From Lama glama (lineage: Eukaryota), in NCBI GenBank assembly GCA_028534125.1, contig CM052816.1, forward strand, positions 80,416,001 through 80,480,000: a DNA stretch of 64,000 bases, given 5' to 3'. Of the stretch, positions 12,600-26,700 are shown piece after piece (position 1 is the stretch's first letter; the number at the start of each line of letters is the position of its first letter). Both the position numbers and the translations under genes were made by a program. Below the pieces are notes generated by a model. It did not search any database, had not been told where the DNA came from, and worked only from the letters and a program-made list of their open reading frames with translations.

Positions 12600-13340
12600 T
12601 AATTCAAGAAAGACTTATGGAGCACCTGTTAAGTGGCAGGCAGTTTTCTAGAGACAGTAGTGAACCAACATAAGAATTCATACTTTTCGAGAGCTTCCAT
12701 ATTGAAGAAGATAGCCAGGAAATAAACATGGTAACTAAATATCTATTTTGTTTGATGGCAATCAGTACCAAAGAGAACATCACAGCAGGCAAGGAGTTAA
12801 AGAGTTATGGGGATGATGAAATTTATAGGGTGGCCAAGGAAGGCCTCAATGAGAAGATGACTTTGAGTCCAGACCCATGGAGGTAAGGGAGGGAGCCATG
12901 AAAGTTTGTGGGGAAAGGTTCCTTTGACTGAAGGAATAGTATTTGCAAAGGCCCTGAGGCAGAAGTGTGCATAGTATTGAAGGTCCAGCAAATAGGCCAG
13001 TGTAGTTGGAATTGAGTGAGTGGGATGCTGAGGAGCAGGGGGTGGTGCTAGAGATTCCTAGGCCCTTGTAGCCATTGTAAGGATGTTGCCTTGACTCAGA
13101 GAGCTGGGGAGCCATGGAGGGGCAAGTTGAGGAGGGCACTGACATAGTATGATTTATATTTCACCCACTGTGATGAGAATAGACTGAAGTGGGGCAAGGC
13201 AGAAAGGGAAACCAATCAGGAGGCCACAGGATGGAGTTAGGGGACCCTCTGAACTGGAGGGTCTTGAAGTCTTGCATTTTAAGACGATGGAGTGGATAAG
13301 ATATAAGTGGACGTAGCAGAAGGATTGAGCACACACCAGA
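12600..13340 (-). mobile_element. L2 fragment
   Basis: gagcacctgttaagtggcaggc...gcaaaggccctgaggcag...ggagccatggaggg, antisense L2. Confidence 0.8.
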
Positions 13341-13752
13341 CATGGGAGGGCCTCTTCATAGGTTACATCATTTAAATCTTGCAAAAATCCAGAGAAAGAG
13401 AGTGAGGGCTAGAGCTAGGAGAGGAGTGAGGGGAGGTGGGGAGAGAAAGAAAGAGAATTTCCCCCATTTTACAAATAGGTTCTGAGAGATTACAGGATTG
13501 CCTATGTTCCCACAGTGACTCCAGTGCTGGGTGGGAGTAAGGACGAACAGGAGAGAGGGGCTGATGAGGTGAGGCTCGGGGTGCCTGAGGGCGTGGGGCA
13601 CCTGGCTTTGATTACTTGCATGCCTGCAGAGTGATATCTGAATTCCTGCAGCTCCAGGAAGCAGAGCGCAGGCATATTCCCTATGGGAACACACCCCTTC
13701 AATCCTCCTCCTCCCCCAGGATGATGTCTGGGGGCAGCTGGTCTCCAGACCC

Positions 13753-13801
13753 CGCTTGCCTGGTCCTCGCATGCCTGGTCCTCGCATGCCTGGTCTTCGC
13801 A
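13753..13801. repeat. 15-bp tandem repeat, about 3.3 copies (cgcatgcctggtcct)
   Basis: cgcttgcctggtcct cgcatgcctggtcct cgcatgcctggtctt cgca. Confidence 0.95.
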
Positions 13802-14399
13802 GGGGCAATTCTGCAGAGGAGCCCGGGAGAGGGAAGGCCTGTTACACCTCCTGCAGCTTCTGCTCTCCAGTTGCTGCCTGCCCGTAAGGGCAGAGAGCAC
13901 CAGGATGTGAGTATGCATTTTGGGGAGGTATCAGGCATCTGAACACTGGGCCTCAAGAACTTTTTAGTTTGGGGAGGAAGATGGCACACCAAAAATAACT
14001 CAAAGAGAAACGGGAAACTAGAGCTCGTCTGTGTCCTCAGGAAGGAGAGTATGGGGCCAAGGTTTACGCACCACTGGCTTGTGAAGGACTGCAGTCCCTG
14101 GGCAGGAGGGGTGGGAGCAGGAGTGAGGCAGGGAGGAAGGAAGCAGGGCCGGCGTGAGGGCCTGCTGCCGGCCTGGCAACCCCTTGGCGTCAAGTATGAC
14201 TGATGGCTGCTTCTGAGAAACAACGTGGAGACCTGCTTCTCAGGGAAGCAGATGCATTTGCTGACTCCATCTCCCTTTGTTCAAAGATTTGAGAAACTGA
14301 GCAGGTCAGGTGAGGAATCCGGGGCAGAGCTTAGACCAGAGGTGGTGTCCTCCATCTCCTGGAAGGCTTTCAGATCCGGGCTTGGCTTGTCTTCATCAT

Positions 14400-15290
14400 G
14401 AGAGCCTGACCTCACACTTTATAGTGGGGGGATCGTCTGGAAACCCTCTGATCAACGTTTGCATCACCAAACGTGGGAGAACCAGGTAGATGTTAGGGAT
14501 AGCTCATGTCGGGTGATAGCTCAACGGGAAGAACACAGCACCACCTATGACATGTTTTTGGTCATATACATATATGGCCTTTTATATTTATATGTGTGTG
14601 TATATGAAACTCTTGCCTATATGTATAAGTAGCTGATATCCAGTATTTAGCCATATATGTATATATATTTATCAGTATGCATATGTATATGTGTATATTG
14701 AGCTAGAGCTTGATTTGATTCAGATGTATATGTATATGTGTGTATATGGATCTGTGTATATGAATGTATACACACACACACATATGTATACAGACACACA
14801 CACCACATACCTGAATCTAATCAAGCTTCTGGCTCACTTTACTGGTTTACAGGAGAACAAGGTTAAAGAAAACCACAAGGAAGCAAACAGACAAGTCCAG
14901 AATATGAGATGGTCTATGGGACAATTGACCTGGTTTCTGCAACCAGCCAATCACAGAAAAGAAGGGCAGGTCGACCTGCTCTGGAATAAAATAGACGTAA
15001 GAGACAACACAACCAAGAGCCAAGTGGAGACCTTGTCTGCTCCTTATTTGAACAGGTGAACTGTGAAGAGATTTTTCTTTGAGAAAGCTGCAAAATTGGA
15101 TTATTTATAACACTCTGAAATTACTAAAAACATAGTGTACTAAAAGCATAGTGGTTATGTGTGAAAATGTCCATACATTTAAGTGTAGTATTGGGGTGAA
15201 ATGGCATGATGTCTGGGATTTTCTTAAGCAGCAGGGACCTAGTGTCAGCCCTCAGAGGGCATGAGGGACAAGACTGAGGTGGCAAGTTAA
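14400..15290 (+). mobile_element. Old L1 3' UTR (L1MC/L1ME-like) with TA/TG low-complexity insert
   Basis: aagaacacagcaccacctatga, cctgaatctaatcaag and ggtgaaatggcatgatgtctgggattt motifs. Confidence 0.7.
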
Positions 15291-18200
15291 AGGGAGGAGG
15301 CCGCAGGGTCCAGTAGACCCTCCCTTCCAAGAGCCGGCTTGAGAGCGCACGCAGAAAACGTCCTTTCCCCTGAGTTGGTCAATTTGTCAGGAACATCAAA
15401 GTCATTTCAAAGTAAAGGAAAGCAAACCAGAGCTCTGGTGTGCCGGCGATGGGATGTCAGGAGCCTTGTCACAGGGTTACAATCAAAATGTCACTGCTGT
15501 GAACATGTTCATTATTTCTTTTCAAACCTGCTGGGCATGCAGCTGCCGTGGTCCCCTTGGCCACCAGCAGCTTCCCTCCTCAGGGGGCCACTTCTTAACT
15601 CTCTGCTTTCCTGCCTGAGAGACCTGTGGGGGAAACCTCCCCTGGATTTCCTGATGGGATAAAGAAGAGCTCTGGAGGGCGTGCTGCTCATGGACAGGGT
15701 AACGTAGGCTGTTACACCCGCCCCTCTCCTCGGGCGTGGTCCACTGGCAGCCTGGGGACAAAACGTTTAGGCAGCGCCTCTGGCATTAGGATGACAGATG
15801 TGTCCTTGTCCATATTCACGAGGCCCATGTCCGGCAGCAGCTGGTTCTCTGGGGATATGAGTCCCCAGGTGCGGGATGCAGCTGCTGTCATGCTGTCCCC
15901 TGGCTGAGCGTATGTGGCCTTTCTGTCTGGTGGGGAACTCACATAGTGTCCACAACTTGTCAGAGCTCTTACGTTCCCACGAGTCCTGATCTTACTCACA
16001 GAGCAAAACCACGCTTGGTTTATAGGATCTGCACGTCCCGAGTGTGTGCGTCTGCATGAGTCAGATTTCTGTGCCCTGAGTCACATTTTTGGTGAGCTGG
16101 GGCTTCCCTCTGAGAGAATGGAGTCTCTAGGCTCCTGGGAGTGAGCGACCTCCTGCAGAGTGCTGCGGGAACAGGCAGGGGACCTGGAGGAAGCGCAGTT
16201 GCTGCCTCTGTACAAAAAGGGTGGTGATGCCTGCCTGCCCTTCTGTCAGTATTGCTGGGGAAACAAAGGAGAATGTGTGTGGCTGGGCTTTGGAAACCCT
16301 GTAGGTTCTGCAAATGTTAAGTGGGGTTTCCGTGGAATAGGTTTGCTTATGGTGAGTGTCACCTCCCTCTCTTAAATAGCCCCCCTCTCTCTAAGGCTGT
16401 AATCCAAGGATCCTCTAACAACTGGAGAAATTCAGAATTGTTGCCTGGTGCACCTACTTCCAGGTTTTCTCCTAATCATGCCCCATTCCTTTCCCCATCA
16501 GCTCGGCTGGACTCCCTGGAAGTGAAATCCCATGGAACTATGGAGAAAAAGACAACATTTGTTTCTTCTGTGTACCTCCACCGAGTATATTTTAGCAGTC
16601 TTGCTTTTCCTTCCTCCCCTCTCCTCCCTCCCCCTACCATCTCCTCTCTCCCACCCTCTTCCTTCCTTCTTGGTATATTTTCATACCAGCCCAGGGGTCA
16701 CTGGATATGATGCATTGATCACCTTTTTTTATTGGACGTATGTATATGAAAGAGAGAGAGAGAAAGGGATATCCAGGCCCCTCCTGAAGTTGCTGGTTTG
16801 CTTTAATTGGAGGCGGTACATTCTTCCAAGTTCAGTTAAGTGACAGGAACCACTGCTGGCTGTTCAGAAGGAGCCATCCGTGGGCAGGTGTCTGTGTCCC
16901 AGAACAGACTGCAGCGTGAGGGCCTGGGCACGCTTCACAGCCGTTAGCTGATGATGAAGGCAGGGATGGGGTGCCCATCTGCTCTGGAATTAATTGGCAT
17001 CCTTATGAGATCATCTTGATTCAGGGTGACTAAGAGTTGCCTGTTCCCTCCCGTTGAGTGGGGCTGGGAGCTCCGTGGTGGCAGGGCCCGGGTTCTGTTT
17101 GTCTTCGGTGGTCTCACGCGGGAGCACACCCTCAGACATGGTAGGCGCTCAGTAAGTGTTTAATTCACGTGATAGAGTCAGAAGACCAATAAATTTCTAT
17201 CAACATTTTTTCTTCTGCATTTTCTAACCACTCGCTGTTAACCCCTTGCAGTACATTTCCTTTCAGACACTGTTGTTTTCATCTCTTAAAGTTAGATTGG
17301 ATCTTTTTATATTTCCCATGTGTCTAACTTTGTGAACTTATGGAATACAGTTAGAATAAAAGTTTTAATGTCAGAAAAAAAAGAGTCAGAAGAAAACAGC
17401 TCTATTTCCTATCCTACTTCCCAGTGTCTTTGTAAAATGTTGAAAAGAATGATCTCTCTTTTCTACATGGAGACTCTTCCGTATCCCCACAAAGTGATGT
17501 AGTAATGATTCCTGGAAGTGGTTCAGCCTGAGGGCCCCCCATGGACCAGGACACTGGGAGGGCTGGTTGTGGGCAGCTGATGTGGAAACCAGAAAACAGG
17601 CCTTGCTAAGGGTGGGCCACAACCGGGGGGTCCTGTTGACTTGCCACCATTCAGTTCCTGGTCCTGATGACTCATGTCACCACCAAAGCACCCTTACATA
17701 TGTGGTAATTAAAATGCCACAGTTACTTTCTTCTCTTAAAAAGTATGTTCTCATCATGAAGCAGCCTTCATGGGAACGCTTAAGGGTTTGTCCACAAGGC
17801 TGAACAGTGGTAGGGACTACAGGCAGGTTGCTAGATGGGAACCTTGTTGACAGGCATAGAGCTGGCAGTGACCCTTTGATGGGCAGCACTTTAATTTTGT
17901 TGAAGTCCCCATGTTCTCTCTCCTACAGAGCTCTCCTTTTTCTGAAAACAGTAAGAACCTTTAGCCTTCATCTCTAGCAGCCTGATTTTTTTTTTTTTGG
18001 CTAACTTGAGAATCAGGAAAATAAAGCAGTAGGAGGTGACTGCAAGGGCTACATATTTTCTTATGTTTCCTACATTCTTCCAGGGAAGGGAAACTTCTAC
18101 TGAGTAAGGAAAGATCAAATGCTTCAGAGTTAAAGACATTACTTTTTTAAAGGGGAAGTATGGTCTCATGGTCTCATAATCACTAAATTGGTAAGACGCA

Positions 18201-18539
18201 GAGCACTTTCAACCATAGAGGACTACAATTAGGCACAAATGTAGCAGATGCTCTCAGAGCTAGAAGGTGTCATGAGTATGATTAGGTCATAATCGTAACA
18301 AAATGGTTGGCCCTTTGGGTACTGAGCTCAGAGCTCAAAGGGATTCCATTCACTGGACCGGAATCCCCACCAAAGGTGCGAGAGTTGGGAGTTTTCATTA
18401 TTGGTTTAATTCATTAAAATTAGGTAGGTATTTGCTGTCCCTGGTGGCACGGGAGGTGGACTGGGTAAATGTGATTAAAAGAGGGCTAGAGAACAGGTCT
18501 TCCCAGAGTAATATTCATGCCGCTGTGCCCTGCCACCAT

Positions 18540-18920
18540 GCTGAAGGTTCCCAGCATTGTAGAATGTGGGCAGAATTTCTTAAACTTGTCTGATCACAAA
18601 AATCACCTGTTCTGCTAGTTGAAAATATAGACTCCTGGGACCCAGTCTGATGGAGAGGAGATTCTCAGGGGTATATATATATATATATATGTGGGTAATG
18701 CATATCAGAGTCATCTAGGGGAGTCTTTTCAAACTTTATTTAGCCTCTCCATAGTGAGTGATGATAATCTTAGATTTCTGGTGTTACAGTGTATGGAGGA
18801 ACAAATATATGTGTGTTAAAAAGAAACTTCTTACATAATTCTAATATGCTGCCTCCTGTCTTCCTCTCTGTCCCCACCTCTCATCCCCATCCACCCTCTT
18901 TGGAGAACAACTAACCCAAA
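18540..18920. mobile_element. MER5-type MITE fragments
   Basis: ttcttaaacttgtctgatcacaaaaatcacctg and catatcagagtcatctaggggag motifs. Confidence 0.5.
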
Positions 18921-18929
18921 AAAAGGAAA

Positions 18930-21030
18930 TTAATTTTTTAGGAAATAGCTTTATAAGTATCATATACATGCCATAAAGCTCACCCACTGTTAAGTGTACA
19001 GTTCAAAGATTTATAGTAAATTCATGCAGTTGTGGAATCACCACAATACATTTTTAGAATATGTCTATCACCACCTGCCCCTGCAAAAGTTCACTCATGC
19101 CTGTTTGCAGTCAATTCACATTCCCATCCAAGCCCCAGGCATGTACACTGTTCTCTTCTCTAAGAGATTTACAGTTTAAAGAAATGGTGAAATCATATAA
19201 GATGTAGTCTTTTGTGTCTGGCTTTTTTAATTTAGCATAATATTTTTGAGGTTTATCCATGTTGCATTTATGAGTAGTTCTTTCTTTCTATTGCTGAACA
19301 GTATTTCTTTGTATTGATGTGCCATAGTGGGTTTATCTGTTCACCCGCTGATGGACTTTTGAATTATTCCAGTTTTGAGCTCTTGTGAATAATTCTGTTC
19401 TAAATATTTGCATACAAATCCTTGTGTGACTATATGCTTTCATTTCTCTTGAGTAGATACCTAGGGGTGGAATTGCTTGGCTGTGTGAAAAGTATATGTT
19501 TAATCTTTCAAGAAACGGCCAACTGTTTTCCAAGATAATTGCACCATTTTACATTTTCACTAGCAATATATGAGGGTTTTGGTTTCTCCAGGTCCTAGCC
19601 AACACTTGGCATTGCCGATCCTTTAGATAGATTGTAAGCATTCAAATGGGTAGGTAGTGGTGTATAATTATGGTTTTAATTTGCATTTCCCTAATAATTA
19701 ATGATACTGAACATTTTTCATGAACTTAGTAGGAACTCCTATCTTTGTTGAAATGTCTGTTCAGATCTTTTGCCCATTTTGTAATTGGTTTGTCTTCTTA
19801 TTGAGTTGTAAGAATGTCTTCTTATTGAGTTGTGTTGTAAGAATATATATATATAGTATGTGTATATATGTGTATATATATGTATGTGTATTATACACAT
19901 ACATATGCACATTAAGTACAAGTCTTTTAAATTTAATTTTATTTATTTTTCATTTCATTTTATTTTGTTTGGGGGGGGAGGTAATTAGGCCTATTTATTT
20001 ATTTATTTTAATAGAGTACTGGGAATTGAACTCAGGACCTCGGGCATGCTGAGCTCCCACTCTACCTCTCAGCTACACCCTCCCCTCCGAACACAAGCCC
20101 TTTATCAGATACATGTTTTGCACACATTTTCTCCCTGTGTGTGTCATGCTTTTGCATTTTCTAAAGGATATCTTTTGAAGATAAAAAGTTTAATTTTGGT
20201 GAAGTTCAGTTTATCAGTTGTTTTCTCTCCTGAGCTGTGCTTTTGCCTTATCCAAGGTCACGTGATTTTCTCCTCACAGTTTTCATCGTTTTAGCTCTTA
20301 TGTTTAGGTCTCTGATCCATGATGAGTTTAGTTCGATACATAGTGTGAGGTAGGTGTCCACCTTCATTCTTTCCACGTGGGTCCAGTTGTCTCACCTCCA
20401 GTTCCTTTCCCATTTTCTCTCTCCTGTCCCAATTAAATTGTTTGGCAACTTCATTAAAAATTAATTGACCTAAGAGTAAGGGTTGATTTCTGAACTCTCT
20501 GTTCCCTTCTGTTGATCTGGACATCTCTCCCTATACCAGTACCACACACTATCTTGGTTACTGTAGATTTACAGTAAGTTTTGAAATTAGGTGGTGAATT
20601 TCCAACTCGGTTCTTTTTTGTGAAAGTTATTTTGGCTATGGTAGGTAGTTTTCATTGTAATATAAATTGTAGGATAATCTCAATAATTTCTAAGAAAAAA
20701 AAAAGTCACCTGAAGTTTTGATAGGGATTGTGTTGAATCTGTAGATAAATTTGGGAAGTGTTCCCGAACTATATCTTCAGTCCTTGAGCATTGTATGTTT
20801 TCCAACTATTTAGAAATTTTTAATTTATCTCAGTGATGTAGTGATATTTTATAGGTTTCAGGGTATAATTCTTGCACATCTATTTAAAAATTGATTTGTA
20901 ATTATTTGATTCTTTTTGATGATACTGGATATAGACTTGTTTTCTTTGTTTCATTTTTGTATTGTCTGTTTCTAGTATAGAAGCACAATTAATTTTTCTG
21001 TATTGATCTTGTGTCCTGTAACTTTGCCTT
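18930..21030 (-). mobile_element. L1MB-like LINE-1 (3' UTR plus ORF2 3' part)
   Basis: L1 3' end signature; ORF remnants MENSWPFLERLNIYFSHSQAIPPLGIYSREMK and LGQLIFNEVAKQFNW are ORF2-like. Confidence 0.9.
19928..20088 (-). mobile_element. vic-1-type SINE nested in the L1MB element
   Basis: ggggggaggtaattaggcctatttattt...gtactgggaattgaactcaggacctc...cagctacaccctcccc; degenerate flanking repeat acaagtcttt/acaagccctt. Confidence 0.85.
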
Positions 21031-22291
21031 CCCTCCCCTAGGTGATTTTGACTGTCACAGTGTCATTTTCAAAAAGTTGAAAACATAATTTTCACATATA
21101 TGAAAGTTTAGTTAATCTTTTTCAATTTTTCAATCTTCAACAAGTTAATTCCAACTTCATAGAGTCTGGACTCTCATCAAATGTAAAAAGTGACTCAAAT
21201 GTTGCTTATTTCATTCTCTGTGTTCTTCATTAGACTTTGAACTTCACAAGGGCAGGAATGTCTCATTTGTTCAGTGTTACATGCTCAGGGATCTTAAGGA
21301 GAAGCTGGTGCATGGGAAACACCTAATAAATACTTCTTGATTGGGTAGATGAAACTGATGATCTCAGACAAGGTTAGTGTGAAGGTAAACTAAAATCCAA
21401 TACTGGATTCAGACGAAGCCCAGCCAGCTGCTTTCCTAGAGCAACGTTTGATGGTCAGCTGCTTCTTAATAATGTTTCTCTTGGTGAAGGGACCACTCAA
21501 CCCTATTTTTTCCCTTCAGCAGAAAGGGTTGAAGGTTATATGTGCATCTTCAAAACAATCAATCATCATCAACATCCTAAAAAAGCCATTTTTCCCCCCA
21601 GTAGCTCAGTGTGTGTAGTGCTGCACTAACTTCTGGAAAGAAAGCACTCAGCATTGTCAAGACCTGCTTGGGGTTAAACAGGATACAAGGTATAGGGTAG
21701 ACAAAGAAAAGGGGTACTTTTGGTCTGTCTTCTTCTCAGTTTTATGTGTTTAATAGGTCCATGCTACTACTAGGGGTCAGATAATTCTCAGTTCAGTTAC
21801 TGAGAATTCACATGGAAAAATAGACCCTAGTTTATCATCCTGATGGCCACAGTGGTGGAGCTCTGACAAGCCGTGGAGGAGGCTCTGTAGATGACACATG
21901 TGTACGTCTAGAGCACACGCCAGGCTGTGAACTGCTTGGCAGCAGGCTTTCCTTTTGTAAAGATCGTGGTTCACCCATCAGCAGCCTATTCTCACTTCAA
22001 ACTCCCTGAAGGAGAAGAATGAAAACTAAAGGGAGCATGATTCTTAAAGCTGTGGAAACTTCTCGGCTGTCTACCAAGCTCCAATCCAAATATCAAGAAC
22101 ATGACCTTTCTTAGTGTTCAGTAGACTGATTGTTGGAGAGTTTGCCAAAGAATGACTGCATTGAGCCTAAATTCAAAATGGGCAAGCTGTAGAGCCTGAA
22201 ATGTCACTGGACAAAAAGGTAAGTGGCAAAAACTGTTCTTAAAAGGGCAAAGAATTGGAACAGAAGATTCAATCAAGAACAGCTTATATGT

Positions 22292-22466
22292 AACAACAAG
22301 GTCTTACTGTATAGCACAGGGAGCTATATTCAATATCTTTAAATAGCCTATAATGAAAAGTAGTATCTATATCGATATATCTATATATATATCTGAATCA
22401 CCATGCTGTACACTAGAAATTAACACAGCATTGTAAACCGACTATACTTCCATAAAAAAAAAAAAA
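22292..22466 (+). mobile_element. 5'-truncated artiodactyl-type L1 3' end with poly(A) and target-site duplication
   Basis: aacaacaaggtcttactgtatagcacaggg...A-tail; TSD aagaacagcttat(a/g)tgt at 22275-22291 and 22467-22483 (16/17). Confidence 0.9.
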
Positions 22467-23714
22467 AAGAACAGCTTATGTGTTCTGGAATCCCTGCTAT
22501 GCCTGCAACCTTCCATATCTGGGCTTTGTACAAAGTCTTTTCAGCTGCCTAAAAGATTCTGTTTCCAAACTGTGAAGTACTACTCACTCTCCAAGCCCCG
22601 GATCACAGACACCTCCTTTATGAAACCTTCCCAGATGGAATCAATTGCTTTCTCATTAGTACCTCCACAGCATGGGATCTGTTCCTTCTCGCTGCCCACT
22701 TTGTATTAGAGTTATTCATATCTGTGACCTGGAAGGCAAAATACAAGCCTTATTCATATATGTATCACATGTGGTGGGGTTTATATTAACGCACTTCAAA
22801 TTGTAGGTGCACAAAATAAATCAAAGTCAGTGGAAACATATCCAGTGCTGGCTCAGTTCTTAAGAGTAGTGCAGCCCTGTCTTTAAGACAGAATTCTCTT
22901 ATGCAAAGGGTTGAAACACAGCCTAGCGGCTCCTTTCCGAGAACCCTGGAAGAGAGGGATCTCATTTTTCATTCATATGAGTATACTTCATTATGCATGC
23001 ATACAAGCACATATGGGAACTGTCTCTATTTCTTTCTTAGAATATTAAAAAGAATTCTGCCATTTAGTTTTGCTCAGTCTTCTGACCTGCTGTAATGTTT
23101 TCCAGACAAGTTAATAGAACACCTTAGGGGTTATCTCTAGATCACAATGGTGAATAAATTTCATCTCACATTGTCAAGTTTGATTAATTGGTAGAGGATG
23201 CCTGGAGTGCCGGTGAGAGGGTCTGTAAGGTAAGTAGAAGGTATGGATAGTGTGCCAAGAACGAGCATCAGTGTTTGCCATAAACACTATACAGGACCAT
23301 GTAGGTGAGGCAGGTGGCAACGTGTAGACCAGGTTTTGGCATCTCTGTTCTAGATAGATTATGGTAGTAGCTCTTGTGCAAGGAGATGGCTGCTCAGAGT
23401 CTAGAATTAAAACCACATAGAATTTGCTATTGAAAGGAATAACAAAGGATATCTATTCTGCAACATAATTTTACTTGACAGTGTTATCATTTTAAGGACC
23501 ATGGATATTTTGTTTCTCTATTTTGCAGTTCTTTAAAATATTGTGGTAACAAAAAATATTGTGGAAAATACACATAATACAAAATTTACTGTCTTAACTA
23601 TTTTTACATGTACAGTTCTGTGACATTAAGTACATCCATAGTGTGGGTGGAATGCATCCATTACAGAACTCTTTTCATCTTGCAGAACTGAAGATTTATA
23701 CCTAACAGATGCTG

Positions 23715-26700
23715 TACTTTTTTTTTTTACAGTTTCATTTTTAAAGAGCAGTATTAGGTTCACAAAATTAAGAGAAAGGTACAGAGATTTCCCATCTACC
23801 CCCTGCTCCCCACACATGCATAGCCTACCCTATTATCAGCATACCCCCTGCCAGAGTGGTACATTTGTTACAATTGATGAACCTATATTGACACATCACA
23901 GTCACCCAAAGTCCATAGTTTTCACCTTAGGGTTCATTATTGGTGTTACACATTCCGTGAATTTGGACAAACGTATAATGACATGTACATGTGTCCATCA
24001 TTATATTATGATACAGAGTATTTTCACTGCCCTAAAAATCCTCTGTGCTCCATCTATTTAACCTTCCCCCTACCCCTTCCCCCTACTGACCCCCAACATC
24101 TCTGGAAACCACTGATTTTATTATTGTCTCCATAGTTTTACCTTTTCCAGAATGTCATATAGTTGGAATTGTAGAGTATGTAGCCTTTTCTGGTTGTTTT
24201 TTTTTTCACTTAGTAATATGCATTTAAGTTTAGTCCATGTCTTTTCATAGATTGATAGCTCATTTTTGGGGGCTGAGTAATATTCCATTGTGTGGATGGA
24301 CCACAATTCATCTATCCATTCACCTACTGAAGTACATCTTGGTTATTTACAAGCTTTGGCAATTATGAATAAGGCTGCTATAAATATCTAAGTGCAGGCT
24401 TTTGTGCAAACATAAATCCTCAACCCCTTTGAGTGAAAAAACCCAAAGTGTGTGATTGCTGGATTGCATGGTAAAAGTATGTCTAGTATTGTAAGAAGCC
24501 ACCTAACGGTCTTCCAAAGTGACTCTACGATTTTCCATTCCCACCAGCAATGAATGAATTTCTGTTGCTCCACATTCTCATCAGCATTTGATGTTAGTGT
24601 TCCAGATTTTGGCCATTCTAATAGGTGTGTTGTGGCATATCATTGTTGTTTTAATTTGCATTTCCATAGTGACATGTGATGAGAAACATCTTTTCATGTG
24701 CTTATTTGACATCTGTATATCTTCTTTGATGATGTGTCTGCTAAGGTCTTTGACCCATTTTTTAATCAGATTTTTTATTGTTGAGTTTTAAGAGTTCTTT
24801 ATTTATTTTTGATAACAACCCTATATTAGATATGTCTTTTGCAATGTTTTCTCCCAGCCTGTGGCTTGTTTTCTTATTTTCTTGACATCGTTTTTCTCCA
24901 AAGCATAGTTTTTAGTTTTATTGAAGACCAGGTTATCAGTTATTTCTTGGATCATGCCTTTGTGTTGTACCTAAAAAGTCATTTCCATACCCAAGGTCAT
25001 TTAAGTTTTCTCCTATGTTATTTCCTAGAAGTTTTATAGTTTTACATTTTACATTTATGTCTATGATCCATTTTGAGTCAATTTTTGTGAAGAGTGTGAA
25101 GTCTGAGTCCAGCAGCACCACTTGTTGAAAAGATTACCTTTGCTCCTTTGTCAAAGATCGTTTGATTATCTTAATGTGGGTAGATTATTGGGTTCTATAT
25201 TTTGTTCCATCAACCAATTTGTCTGTTCTTTTGCCAGTACTGTACCATCTTGATTACTGTAGTTTTATAGGAAATCATAAAGTTGGGTAGTGTCAGTCCT
25301 CCAACTCTGTTCTTCTCCTTCAATATTTTTTGGCTATTCTGGGTCTTCTGCCTCTCTGTATAAACTTTAGAATCAATTTGTTGATATCCACAAAAAGGAC
25401 TTGCTGAGATTTTAATTGAGATTGCATTGAATCTATGGATCAAGATGGGAAGAACAGATATCTTGACAATGTTGAGTCTTCCTATCTATGAACGTTGAAT
25501 ATCTCTCTGTTTCTTCTTGGATTTTGTTCATCAAGATTTTGTAGTTTTCTTCATATAGATTTTGTGTGTATTTTGTTAGATTTATACCTAAGTATTTCAT
25601 TTTGAGGGTGCTAATGTAAATGGTATTGTGTTTTTAATTTCCAATTCTATTTGTTCATTGCCAGTCTATAAGAAAATGATTGACTTTTGTATATTAATTG
25701 TTTCCTACAGTCTTGCTATAATCATATTAATTCCAAGAGGCCTTTTTCTTTTATTCTTTAAGAATTTTTACATAGATAATTCTATCATTTGCAAACCAAT
25801 ACAGTTTTGTTTCTTCTCTCTCAATCTGTATACCTTTTCTTTCTTTCTTTCTTTTTTTTGCATTAGCTAGACCTTCCAGTAAGATGTTGAAAAGCGGTGG
25901 TGAAAGGAAATACTTGCCTTATATGTAATCTCAGTGAGAAAGCTTAAAATTTCTCACCATTAAGTATGATGTTAGCTATAGGTTTTTTTTTGTGAATAGT
26001 GTTTATCAGGTATTTTTTAATAAGCCAAGATGTAGTGGGTTTTGGGGGGCATTTATCCTACATATTCTCTGAGCTTCCTGGATCTGTGGTTTGGTGTCTG
26101 ATATTAACTGGGGGAAATTCTCAGTCATTACTGTTTTAAATATTTCTTCTGTTCCCTTTCCTTTTTTTCCCCTTCCCCTTCTGCTATTCCCATTATGTTA
26201 GACATCTTAGAGTTGTCCCAAGAGTTCTCGGATATTCTGAGTTCTTTTTCAGTCTTTGTTCTCTTTGATTTTCAGCTTTAGATGTTTCTATTGATACATC
26301 CTCAAGCTCAAGAGATTTTTTTCCTCAGCGATGTCCAATCTACTACAATAAGCCCATCAAAGTCGTTCTTTAATTCTGTTAAGTGTTTTTGATATTTAGT
26401 ATTGTTTTTTGATTCTTTAAAATTTCCATCTCTCTGCTTACATTGTCCATCTGTTTTTGCATGCTGTCTTCTTTATCTGTTACAACTTTTAGCATATTAA
26501 TCATGGCTGTTTAAAATCCCTGGTCTGATAATTCCAACATCTCTGCCATGTCTGGTTCTGATGCTTGCTCTGTCTCTTTAAATGGTGTTTTTTGCCTTTT
26601 GGTATGCATTGTAATTTTAAAAAATAAAAATTGTGTATGTTTAAGGTGTACAACATGATGTCTTGATGTACATAGTGAAATGATTACTATAGTCAAATTA

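Noticed and set aside
13368..14223. Overlapping ORFs with repeated peptides (RGPGM, CEDQA, RTRHA)
   Set aside because: Produced by the 15-bp tandem repeat and GC-rich composition; overlaps a MIR.
19791..19843. 24-bp tandem duplication
   Set aside because: Slippage inside a dead L1 next to a TA microsatellite.
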